53,558 bases of DNA from Octopus bimaculoides. Lineage: Eukaryota. Location: positions 28,167,121 through 28,220,678 of the forward strand of contig NC_068998.1 in the NCBI RefSeq assembly GCF_001194135.2, given 5' to 3'. Of this stretch, positions 11,860-22,685 are shown in pieces. The first letter of the stretch is position 1, and each line of letters starts with the position of its first letter. The notes under the pieces were generated by a model. It saw nothing but the letters and a program-made list of their open reading frames with translations, was not told the DNA's origin and did not search any database. Position numbers and translations under genes: made by a program.

Positions 11860-12400
11860 ATCATCATCGTTTAACGTCCGCTTTCCCTGCTAGCATGGGT
11901 TGGACGATTTGACTGAGGACTGGCAAGCCAGAAGGCTGCACCAGGCTCCAATCTGATCTGGCAGAGTTTCTACAGCTGGATGCCCTTCCTAACACTAACC
12001 ACTCCGAGAGTGTAGTGGGTGCTTTTACGTGCCACCAGCATGAGGGCCAGTCACATGGTAGTGGCAACGGCCACACTCAAAAAGGTGTTTTTTACGTGCC
12101 ACCTGCACGAGAGCCAGTCCAGTGGCACTGGCAATGACTTCGCTCGAATGATTTTCTAATGTGCCACCAGCACAAGTGCTAGAAGGCAACACTGGTAACG
12201 ATTACGCTCAAATGGTGCTATTTACGGGCCACTAGCATGGAAACCAGACAGCTGCTCTGGCAATGAACACTCTCGACAGTGCTGTTAGTGCTCCACTGGC
12301 ACGGTGCCAGTCCTCAAGTATGGTTCAATTATGATTTCACTTGCCCCAACAGGTCTTTGCAAGCAGAGTTTAGTGTCCAATGAAGGAAAGGTTGGCATGG
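11860..12400 (-). mobile_element. Non-autonomous RTE-tail-like retroposon, longer copy
   Basis: Reverse complement of the 7350-7738 family, starting tcatcatcgtttaacgtccgctttcc, with several gtgccac/ggcaa subrepeats. Confidence 0.7.
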
Positions 12401-12494
12401 GTGCCAGTCATCAGATTCGGTTTGATTTCGATTTCAGATTTCAAATTTCAAATTCCAAATTCACTTGCCTCAACAGGTCTTCGCAAGCAGGGTT

Positions 12495-12880
12495 AGCCAG
12501 TATTCAGAATGTATCTCAGACATCTCTGATGAAAGTGTTCAAGGACCTTTACATGACATTTGTAAAGGGTCCATGTCTCACATGAGTAAAGTAGCAACAT
12601 CAGTGCACATGCATGGTAAACAGCAATTTTTGTTTGCCTTGTGATGCCATGCTGGGACCAGACATGAGACTGAAGAGACCAGAAGGAATCAGTTGCTCTC
12701 TGCAGCCTGAAACATATTTCCTCATCCAGGGAGCAAGAACGGCTGAGTGTGCTGCCCATGTAGACAAACTTGTCTACTACCTTCAGAATTGTTCCTTCAA
12801 CCAAGATAGCTGGTTCCACATATGGATTCCCTGGTGCAGGCTGAAGCATTACAACAGTCTTGTCCAGGCTAATGCTGAGT
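12495..12880 (-). mobile_element. RTE (BovB-like) LINE RT thumb fragment
   Basis: GLSISLDKTVVMLQPAPG...VDKFVYMGSTLS...TKIAVYHAC..LLLYSCETWTLY...LEHFHQRCLRYIL. Confidence 0.85.
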
Positions 12881-15299
12881 CCAAATGCCTTGTCGGGGAG
12901 GGGCATACCATTCGTGTGTCAGTAGAGGGACGGCGGCCCAGATGCTTCAAGTGTGGGTAAAAGGGCCACATCCGCTTGGATTGTCAAAAGAAGAAAAACA
13001 ACACCAGCGCAAGTGACGCCCATCCTCCGAAATTGGATGAAGCAAAAAAGAAGAAAGAAAATTCAGAAAAAAAAGAAAATAATAAAAAAATGGAAGAGAA
13101 AAAACAAGAAGTACATGAAAAAGTTAAAACAACAGAAGAGAAAAACACAACAGAGAAAAAAGCAGCCGAAGAAGAAAAAGAAAGCGAACCCTCACAGATG
13201 GAATTCACACAAGTCACTCACAAAAGAAAAAAGCAACAAACTCCAGATTCCCCTCTCCAAACAAAACAGAAAACACACACAGAAGAATAGAAAAAAATTC
13301 CCCAATCCCACCCCTCTGGTATAACGTTCGTTGGACAAAAGTATAATAAACCTCAAACACTTAGATTAAAAGGTTTAAAAAAAACTGACAGAATCGTTGC
13401 GGTCAGCATGAAAAATGACAAAGTGGCGCAACTTTTTAAATCCCACTCGCGTATAAAACTCTTTAAATGTGAATTGGACGGTCTGTACCGATACGTGAAG
13501 GTGGACGAGGAGGACTATATAAGTAGTCTAGTGCAGGAACTCGTGAAAAACAATGCAATAATAGATGTTACAAGCGATGTAATTGCGGGCCAACTGAAAA
13601 TCACCCCGGCAGCCACCTCAACCCAGAGCCCGGTGGCAACCCCGAGAAAGAGCCCAGCGGAAGCGGAGGACGTGAGGGAAACTGGCAAACAAAAAATGCC
13701 ATGCTCCCTCTCACAACCGTAAGTGATTTATTTTTATTTTTTCAATGATTAAGTTGGGTAGTTTGAATGTGCATGGAATGGGGTTGAAATGGAAACAGGC
13801 TTGTTTTCTGGACGACCTCATTTCACATAGAACAGATGTGGCTGTAATCACCGAGTCCAAGATGACGGGACCTGAAGCATTCTCACCCCTCCTCAATGGT
13901 TACGAGAAATTTATTTCTCCGAGTCGGAGGGGAGGTGCAAGCGTGGCAGTCCTTATCAAGAAGAACTTGGACTTACAGAAATGTACTGTCTTTCTGGACC
14001 CAGAAGGTAGGCTGGTTGTCCTGCATGTAACACATGAAAGTAAGCAGTCCTTCAGGTTGGTAGCTGTCTATGCTCTTAACGGGCAAGGGCAGTCGGTTTT
14101 TTTTCAGAACCTGGAGTACAATAAATATATTGACGTCTAAAATGGTAGTTTTGTTAGGAGACTTCAACACTATCCTTGAAGCGTGTGTCGATAGTGTAGG
14201 CTCCACCAATAGGAAAGGGAATCCTTGCCTCAAGGGTCTACTAGAGCGCTTTAATCTAGTAGACCACTACCGACTGGATGAGCCGAGTGTTCCTCAGTGG
14301 ACGTGGGGTAATAATGACGGCTCATGCAGATCGTGTATAGATAAAATTTTTGTTAAGAAAAGAAATAAGCATAGCTTTAGCTGTCCACTATTTTGTATTG
14401 TGCCTTATACGGATCACGAACTTGTGACGTGTGAGGTACATGTAGATAAGTGTCATCGACAAGGACCTGCGTATTGGAAAATGAACAAGTCTATTTTGGC
14501 TTGTGAAGCTTTCCATACCCGGATTAAGGAGATAGTGTAGAGGACATTATGTAGCACCATCATTAATAATAGGTGGTGGCACGCCCTCAAGAGAGCCATC
14601 TGTCTTGAGTCCATTAGATTTAGCAAGCAGCTAAGTTTAGATAGGACTAGAGTAGAGGGTGACTTAGTTAAGAGCCTAGATGAGACAATAGAATCTGGCT
14701 CCGCATCTAGAACACGTGTTGTTGCATCTGGGACAAGTACAGCTATCGGCTGGATCTATAATAAAGATGTTACCGCCAACTGGACTCTTGAAGGAAGGTG
14801 AGGCTTGTTTTTTCTGTATGGCAGCAGTGTTGAAAGAGTGTATATGGAGGACAAGAATGGAAGGTTTTGTGACAGAGTCCTATATATCCGGCCCTGGTTT
14901 GCTGCTTTACTTCAGATACCATCTGAAGAGCAAGATAGGGCTGGAAAAGAGGACCCTGTCAGCTAGAGTATATGAACAAAGATAGAAGAAAGTGGTGAAA
15001 AAGGTGGGTGTAAGTTACCCAAATTGATCATCAAGGAAATAAAAAGTGATCTGCTGGGCCTTATAGGCTGCCGGGTCGAAAAATCAATTTGCTTGCGTCT
15101 TAAGAAAAAAAAAAAAAAGAAGGAAAAAAAGGTCAAGTTTTAAGTCATCATAAATTTTATTTATTTGTAAATTATTTATTCTTAGTAAATAATAATAATC
15201 GCAAAATTTTTTATAAACAATGAACTCATTCATGCTGTGTAATTGTTTGTCCTGTGCTGTCCCTATTTCTGTGTTTGATCCATAGTGATCTTAATAAAG
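12880..15299 (+). mobile_element. L1/Tx1-like LINE: 5'-truncated ORF1, AP endonuclease, RT deleted, ORF2 C-terminus and 3' UTR
   Basis: ORF1 knuckle RPRCFKCG*KGHIRLDC plus K/E-rich tract; ORF2 from 13745 (MIKLGSLNVHG, VLLGDFN, SCIDKIF, YTDHELV, YWKMNKSIL); jump near 14720 to C-terminal LKECIWRTRMEG...HLKSKIGLEKR; T-rich UTR ending aataaag. Confidence 0.85.
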
Positions 15300-15310
15300 A
15301 TTTAATCGAA

Positions 15311-15369
15311 GACCGGTGATTGTCGTGCGCTGATGACAGGTAAATACCTAGAAACCCGGGTCTGTGGTC
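15311..15369 (+). ncRNA. Candidate type-I hammerhead ribozyme, second family
   Basis: CTGATGA (15330-15336) c aggt aaat acct a GAAA, palindromic ACCCGGGT stem III, GTC triplet. Stem I is weak (tgcg/tgtg, alternative gaccg/tggtc) and there is a C.A mismatch at the base of stem II. Confidence 0.5.
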
Positions 15370-15726
15370 GAAGATGGGAAGAATGGCTTCCCTTTGCAAA
15401 TACTGATAGGGCATAGAAAGTGTGTCAATAGCCAGCTGAAGGTGTCCTCCTGGGGCTACAAACTACAGTAGCATCCACCCTTAGTGGTTAGCCACATTTA
15501 AGTGGCAAATATACTTCACATTAGATATATATAAATAATGTATGTATAGATATATATATGTGTGTGTGTGTATATAAAGGACAGGAGTTTTCATCTAGGT
15601 GACTCAAACTAATAGGTATGAATTCTGAGTGCTCAAATAGGTGTGCCACTAAAATTCCAGTTTGAACAGCAGTTGAAGTTGTGGTATGTGACTTCTTCAA
15701 AATGGTTCCCCACTGAGTCAGTAAGT

Positions 15727-17325
15727 ATAGGTTAAAGTAGTGAGGAAACGTAAACAACTAGGCAAGACTTGACAAGGAACTTTTAATTTAACTACAAAAC
15801 GAATGATAAAAAAATAGTCTCTCCCAGCTATTGGAATGTCATATCAAGCAAAGACGCCATAAGTTGGTTATTCTGTCATTGGAGATATATAAGTTAGATA
15901 GTGAAAGTTCATCAATGATAATTGTGGTTCATTATAATTAAGAAGGAGGAAAGGTCCAATTAAATCCAGTTAGATCAGGTATTCTTTAGGTAAATCCATG
16001 ATCAGAAAGAATGGTCAGATAGTACTCTAGAGTGTGGGAAAATGAATGCTGGCAATTCTGAAGTTGGACAAACACTGAGGGGAGGAATAAATAATACACT
16101 CTGGTGTGAGAAAGATAGGTAGTTAAGAGCTTTCTACTAGATATATACTAATCAGTATAGTAATGGGTATTCCTGTCCAGGGAAATTAGAGGGAGCAAAT
16201 GCAAAGATGAGTGAGGGGTAATCCTATCCAAAGAAATTAGGTGGAACAAATGTAAAGACAGACAGATAAGGGTAAAAATAAAGCAGATGCCAGACCTACA
16301 CGCCTGGGTACTGATGAGAAGAGGGGAATGTGTAGGTAATAAAGTGGTCAAATTTTACTAGAGGGGAGACCTAGGACTGTCTAGTTGTGTTAACACTAGA
16401 AACAGATGCCGCACTAGCAAACAAAAGATTCAAGATTTGCAGTCTAAAAACTAAGGATGATACTTAATGTTATAAAAATAAACATAAATAATAAAAAATA
16501 AAGTTTCATCCTTAGCAAAACTGCAAATCTTAAATTTTTTGTTTGCTAGTGTGGCATCTATTTCTAGCGTTAACACAACTAGACAGTCCTAGCTCTCCCC
16601 TCAAGTAAAATTTGACCACCCACAAGGCTGAGTACCAACAAGATGGGAGGAATGTGTAGATAATAAAGAGGTCATAAAAAAGATAATAGCTGTCATCTGT
16701 AGAGGGAAATTAGGAGTGAGTGCAAAGATAAGTGAGGGGTGTTCCTATCCAAAGAAATTAGCGGGGAGCAAATGTAAAGACGACAGATAGGGGATAAAAT
16801 AAAGCAGATGGCATCTGCTTTATTTTATCCCTCACTTATCTTTGCACTCACTCCTAATTTCCCTGGACAGGAATACCCATCATTACACTGATTAGAATAT
16901 ATCTAGTACAAAGCTTTTATCTACCTACCTTTCTCACATCAGAGTGTATTATTTATTCCCCCTCAGCATTTGTCCAATTTTAGAACTGCCAGCATATATT
17001 TTCCCTCATTACAGAGTACTATCTGAACATGGACTTACCTAAGGAATACCTGATTTAACTGGATTTAATTGGACCTCTCCTCCCACTTAGTTATAATGAA
17101 CCACAACTATCATTGATGAGGAACTTTCTTCCACTAATTTATATCTCTTCGATGACAGCATACCCAACTTATGGCGTCTTCGCTCGACATGATGTTCTAA
17201 TAGCTGAGATATCCAAGAAACATCTGTTAGAGACTATTGTTTTTACCATTCATTATGTAGCTAAATCAAATTAAATGTCCTTGTCAAGTCTTGCCTAATT
17301 ACCTTTTTTCACTACTTTAACCTAT
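15727..17325. repeat. Nested inverted-repeat complex of an unidentified dispersed repeat
   Basis: 15727-16290 is the diverged reverse complement of 16812-17325; 16344-16460 is the reverse complement of 16506-16619; perfect 20-bp-arm palindrome at 16791-16831. Confidence 0.85.
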
Positions 17326-19789
17326 GCATCTCCTTGAAGTTCATTTATGGGAAACGTTTTTGAGTTTGCATATAAAAGCTATCTTATTTTGTTGGCTACA
17401 GCCTAATGATACTAACTTGCAATAGTAGTTTTATGGGGTTGAACTGAGCTGTGCTGATAGAATCCATGGATGGAATTTATAAATATTTTAATGCATTTCT
17501 ATGCATGTTCCCACAAATCACATTTCTTATGCTCATAATCCGTATTCCTGAGATGATTGCAGTACAATCTGTTGTATCCATAGACATCGGGTTATACATT
17601 TGTTGCTTCCAACTTTAATATTGTCTGATGAAATGAATGCATAAACTATGATCCACCCAATGTCCATGACAATGGGTAGAGGCCAAAAGAACCTACAGTG
17701 GATCTGCAGCATTCTTTTATTCTCTCATTCTATCACTGTCCCATCTATTTCTTCTTATTACTGATAACTGCAATTAGATCCAAAGTATGTTGGGTGCACT
17801 TCTCTTCAATGACAGTATAATTTATCTCTTAACTGTATTTATTCTTCCTCTTATTTAAACTAACCTACTAAGCCAGTATCCTGTTCTTCCCTATGTGACT
17901 GAGTTTCTGTTACAGATAAAAGAATTGATCAATGGCAACAGCAAGTGGTCTTGGTGTATTCTCACAATTTAGTAATATGCTACTCTTTATTTTAACTTGA
18001 AATTTTATTATTTCATCTCCTTTGAACATGTGGTTGGTCTCTAGGGATGGTATCCATCTCTGGAATAAATTAGAAATATCTTCAGATATAGCGAGTTTCT
18101 GAATTTACAGAAATATCTAACCAATGTTAATTTAAGTTAGAAATTAGAAGAAAAAAAGGTGGGGGTGAGAGTTACAGCAAAGAGGCAGGGACATAGGGGT
18201 TGAAAGATGGTTCATTAAAAGACAATTTTCAAATAACAGTAGATATTTATCCATGTAATAAGATATGTTTTTATAACATAGAAGTCAACTGAATGTCCTT
18301 TGAGCCAATGAAGAACCCTCTCTGTGGTTGCTCAACCTGCTAGAAATAGCAGCTAAATTTCATTCCTATCATACTGTAGCCACATCAAAATAATGTGGAT
18401 TTAGATACACTATGGCTAGAATGTCTTTAAGCATAGATACATTAGATCAGGGCTAAATCAAACAATAACAAATGTTTTTACAAACTACCATTCTCTGGAT
18501 GAAACAAACTAGAGAATTATTATGGAATAGTGTTGTAAATAAGTAATAGCAGATGACAGGAAATGCTTGAAGTTAAACTAGGTTCCCCTCCCTAGGAAAG
18601 AGAGAACAAGATGTTGGTTAATACTTTGTGCTGAGAGAATGAATGTCATGAAGCGTTTCTAATAACAAGACAGTGTTATATTTGTGTGAAGAAGAATATC
18701 ATAAATGTAGATCTGCTCAGTTCAGGCGCACTTACCCTCAATGATAATCAAAGGAAATAGGCATTGAAATGTCATTAAAGGCAGTTATTGAATGAATGGT
18801 ATTAAATAACAGGACCTTATTGGAACCAGCTAAGAGGCCAGCAGCAATAGAAGTCAGTAAATCAATTAAACATAAAACATAGAAAGTTATAGGTTCCTCA
18901 GAATTCGCTTCTGAGATACTGAAAATACCAGTAATTTTTCTTAATCTGAATGTACAGAGCATCAACTAATACAAAGGTAAGATAGATGAATGGTAAAAGA
19001 AAACTTTAAAATGCTTTATGTTAATGAATTAAATTCATGTTAGTGCTTATGGTTAAAGTTATATACCAGGATTTGGAGAAACTAATGCTCTAAACCGGAC
19101 AAGAAATTCTTAGCCAAGACCACACAGGCTTATTTTGAATTTACCAATGTTAATAAAGTATTTAACTGGGTCCCGTACTCTTGGAATCTAACACAAATCA
19201 GGCAAAATAAAAATTAATGATGAGACAGTGACAAAAAATAGCTTTGAAAAATGGTGTCTATAAATGTAGGACTTGCAAAATTATCTTTTTTGACCAGTGA
19301 AATGATGATGAAAAGATGAATGATGTTTTAAAAACTATAAGCATTGTGTTGACTGAGAGAATTTTTACAAATTAAAAACAAATTACATTTATAAATGTTC
19401 CTTTTCCTACCATTTACAAATTAACATTCGCTATCTTTAAATTTTAAGTTCTGCTTATTTGACAAAACAAGCAGAATTAAGTAGACTTTTAATGAAAAAG
19501 TACTTTTGTTGTTGATTCTTCAGAGTATGAATAAAGGAAGTACTATTTCATAAGAATATTCTAATAGCACTGTAATTTAATGTTCTGAAATGGTCAACAA
19601 CAAAATGTTTCCAATGAAAGTACACCTAAATCAACGATATGAATACAATTATTGAATAGAGAGACTGTGGCTATTTAAAGACAAAAAACACCCCACTAAT
19701 GTATCCCTATAGCTTTTTGCGGGTGAAAAAATATATGAATTCTAGGTTGTTTAACCTCATATCAACCTGACTGAATAGATCGTATTTCT

Positions 19790-20010
19790 TTATTGCCCAC
19801 AAGGGGCTAAACATAGAGGGGACAAACAAGGACAGACAAAGGGATTAAGTCGATTACATCGACCCAAGTGTGTAACTGGCACTTAATTTATCGATTCTGA
19901 AAGGATGAAAGGCAAAGTCAACCTCGGTGGAATTTGAACTCAGGACGTAACGGCAGACAAAATACCGCTAAGCATTTCACCCAGCATGCTAACGATTCTG
20001 CCAGCTCACC
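19790..20010 (-). mobile_element. SINE, same family as 3888-4110
   Basis: ggatgaaaggcaaagtcaacctcggtggaatttgaactcag is the reverse complement of the family core. Confidence 0.75.
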
Positions 20011-21684
20011 GAAAGCAGTTCAGTTGTGACCATCTTACCTTTTTCTAAGATGTTGGGATGTGATTTGAGGAAAATTTGGCAGCTATTTCTTGTAGGTTAA
20101 GTAATCATGTAGGAACTCTGTAGTTGGTTTCAACCTCAACATATCTTTACGTATATATGATATAAACACAATGCGCTAAGAGGTCAGCTGTTTCATACAG
20201 TGTTATATAAGAGTTACATTAAAAGGATTTAAAAATTATGTATATGTGCATGCTGACGAGCAAAGACTCAGAAACATGTCCCTGAATGCAGGCTAGGTTG
20301 GGTGGAGGAGTTTGTCTCCCCCTCGCAAACATAAGGACACAGGAAATGTGTCAAGGCCGACAGGAAGCAGTCCAGCTTCCTAGGGCTAAATAGCAGTAGT
20401 ATATTCCCTTATTGGGACTGTCACATTAAGTTGGCAGTATACAACTACTTTACAAGTAGATGAGACTTGGTGGTTGTGTTCTGTGGTGGGTAAGGTATTA
20501 TTGTTGGAGGATATGTTAACACTTGTGCACTCGAACACAACCACAATAGATCCCAACCCACTAATATACTCGATAATAATAATACCATTTCCTATAATAA
20601 TAACAATGGTGGGAGAAATAACTACAACAATAATTCCATTGATCTAGATTCTTCTACATCCTCACATAACATATCCTCCAACAATAATACCTTACCCACC
20701 ACAGAACACAACCTCCAAGTCTCATCTACTTGTAACTGTCGCTCTGGGACAGTCTGCCCGCTACAAACGCATTGCGTAAGATACGTAATATATAAATGCA
20801 CTGTAAGAAATATATTACATAACTCTACAGCTACATACATAGGTGCAACTAAAAACTTCAAACAATGCTATGCAGCCCATTTGCACTCTTTTAGATATGA
20901 CAAACACAGTAAATCTACAACACTAGCTAACCACATTCATCACCTCAAAAGCACAAATACCCAGTATACTTTAAAATGGTCCATCCTAGACTCTGGAATT
21001 CCATACCAGGGCCAGCGCTCTAATTGCAAGCTCTGCTTAAAGGAGGCGTTCCATATTTTAAAATACAATTCTCCCACTCTACTTAATCGATATAATGAAG
21101 CATTTAGCACCTGCAATCACCGTTTTTTCCATACATTTAAATTCTACCACAGACACAAATGCACAAATGACCACACAAATCACTATAGGCAACCTATTCG
21201 ACCTAGCAAAATGGTCCCCCTTATACCATCTTTAGAATACATCTATTTCTTTTTTGATCTTATCACTACTTAATATATCTTTTCCTAATTTACTTCCTTG
21301 TCAATAACCCCACCACCGCCTGCAGGCTCCTTGTTGATAACCACAATCAACTATAGTAGCATCTGATCCCCCTTCTACCATCCGTAAATTAGGTTTAGCT
21401 CTATTTTTAGAACATGTTTCTACTAATTCTTTCTCTCTCTCCTTTTTTCCTTCAATACTGTTTTTAGAATGTCACCCACACCCTCACCACTCCTTAATAC
21501 CTCCTAGCATTCCTTCTTCCTTACTAAACCTTTATCTCTATCCCCTCTTCCTCCTTTACTCCCAATACTTATTCTCTTTGTCCAGTCAGATTAACTGACC
21601 ATAAATACCTGTCACTACCATTCCCCACCTCAATTACTTCTCTCTCCCCTTTCCTTCCTGTCTTAAGACTTGACCTATTTACCC

Positions 21685-22279
21685 TATAGGGCTTTCCTAT
21701 AAGGTGTTATCCACCCCTGATTGGAACTCTCCCGTATGACATGTACGCATGCTCAGTGACTTGCTTTAACAGTTGCAATCAGCTGAATGCACATTGCCAG
21801 TGACATTTGACATAATTACCCACACTCTGTGGTCAGGATTCTTTTTTTGGTTTGATGTCGGTATCGAAGGGATTACCAGACACCGGACAATACAGTGAAA
21901 GCAGCTTTCACTCACATCGTGGTATTCGATGCTGTGTACNNNNNNNNNNGAGAGGAGATATAAGCTTCTGCTTATTCCTGTCTGAAGTATCGTCCGATGA
22001 ATTTACTTCGTTGACATTCTTCATTGACAGAATTTTTATTCTTTTCAACCTTTCAGTCAAGTCCACCTTTCTTCCAGTAACATACTGTCCATATAATCTT
22101 AAATATTTCTTTAACTCAGGCACAGTAAGTACTTCGATAGCTGAATCATCAAGCTGCTTTATATCCATGATAAGACGTAAAACAATAACAATGGCGTTGG
22201 TTAGCCTCCGGAAGTTTAATTATCTACATGGAGTGCCGCCTAGCCAAGGGAGATAACCTACTTATAGGAAAGCCCTATA
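21685..22279 (-). mobile_element. Non-autonomous TIR DNA element carrying a SAP-domain remnant
   Basis: Perfect 19-bp inverted repeats tatagggctttcctataag (21685-21703, 22261-22279); minus ORF 22168-21908 contains LTVPELKKYLRLYGQYVTGRKVDLTERLK (SAP motif). Confidence 0.75.
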
Positions 22280-22544
22280 CACATCTCTCACTTGATTTGG
22301 GATAGTCTTTAAGTAAACCACACACAGTATCCTCCGGACTCGATATGACATACATTCACCTTTGCTACAACAATTATCTCCGGAAAATACCCACTAAGAT
22401 TATTTGCATGGATACTTACTACTGGAATGAAGCTACACTCAAAGTACTGTTTTTTCTTTCTTTTTTCAGCGCATCACACTCACTCTCACTTCCTACTATG
22501 ACTCTCCGCTTATAGATATAATAATCGATTCCTCTACTATTTTT

Positions 22545-22593
22545 GTCTCCGATGAAGGGATGCATTGGATTTTCCCTGAAACAGCTGTAAGAC
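22545..22593 (+). ncRNA. Minimal type-I hammerhead motif (U4C variant) in the Penelope 3' region
   Basis: gtct CCGATGA aggga tgcattggattt tccct GAAAC agct GTA agac; same family as the 8391 and 8708 motifs. Confidence 0.65.
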
Positions 22594-22685
22594 TCTATCC
22601 ATAAAATATACTCCTAACTTTGCCATTGTTCTCTTTATCCTTTTCTTTATATTTATGTATATATACATATATGTATATATATATA

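Larger units (their letters stand above)
20519..22640 (+). mobile_element. 5'-truncated Penelope-like element (Neptune-type GIY-YIG C-terminus plus 3' terminal repeat), interrupted by a TIR element
   Basis: Open frame from 20731: CNCRSGTVCPLQTHC..YVIYKCTV...YIGATKNFKQCYAAHLHSFR...TTLANHIHHLK...KWSIL...CKLCLKEAFHI...LLNRYNEAFSTCNH. C/T-rich 3' region with a hammerhead motif at 22545. Assigning the 3' region to the same element is inference. Confidence 0.8.

Noticed and set aside
9811-11867. Long ORFs of 120-334 aa (also at about 35012-35621, 42506-43197 and 51875-52140)
   Set aside because: They are built from N gaps and (TA)n or poly-A runs and are not real coding sequence.
18736-18945. 210-nt minus-strand segment with a good acceptor (ttcag) and donor (gtaagt)
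   Set aside because: The only long frame stops 2 nt before the donor and resembles no protein I know, and no partner exons were found. It could be a non-coding exon but is unsupported.
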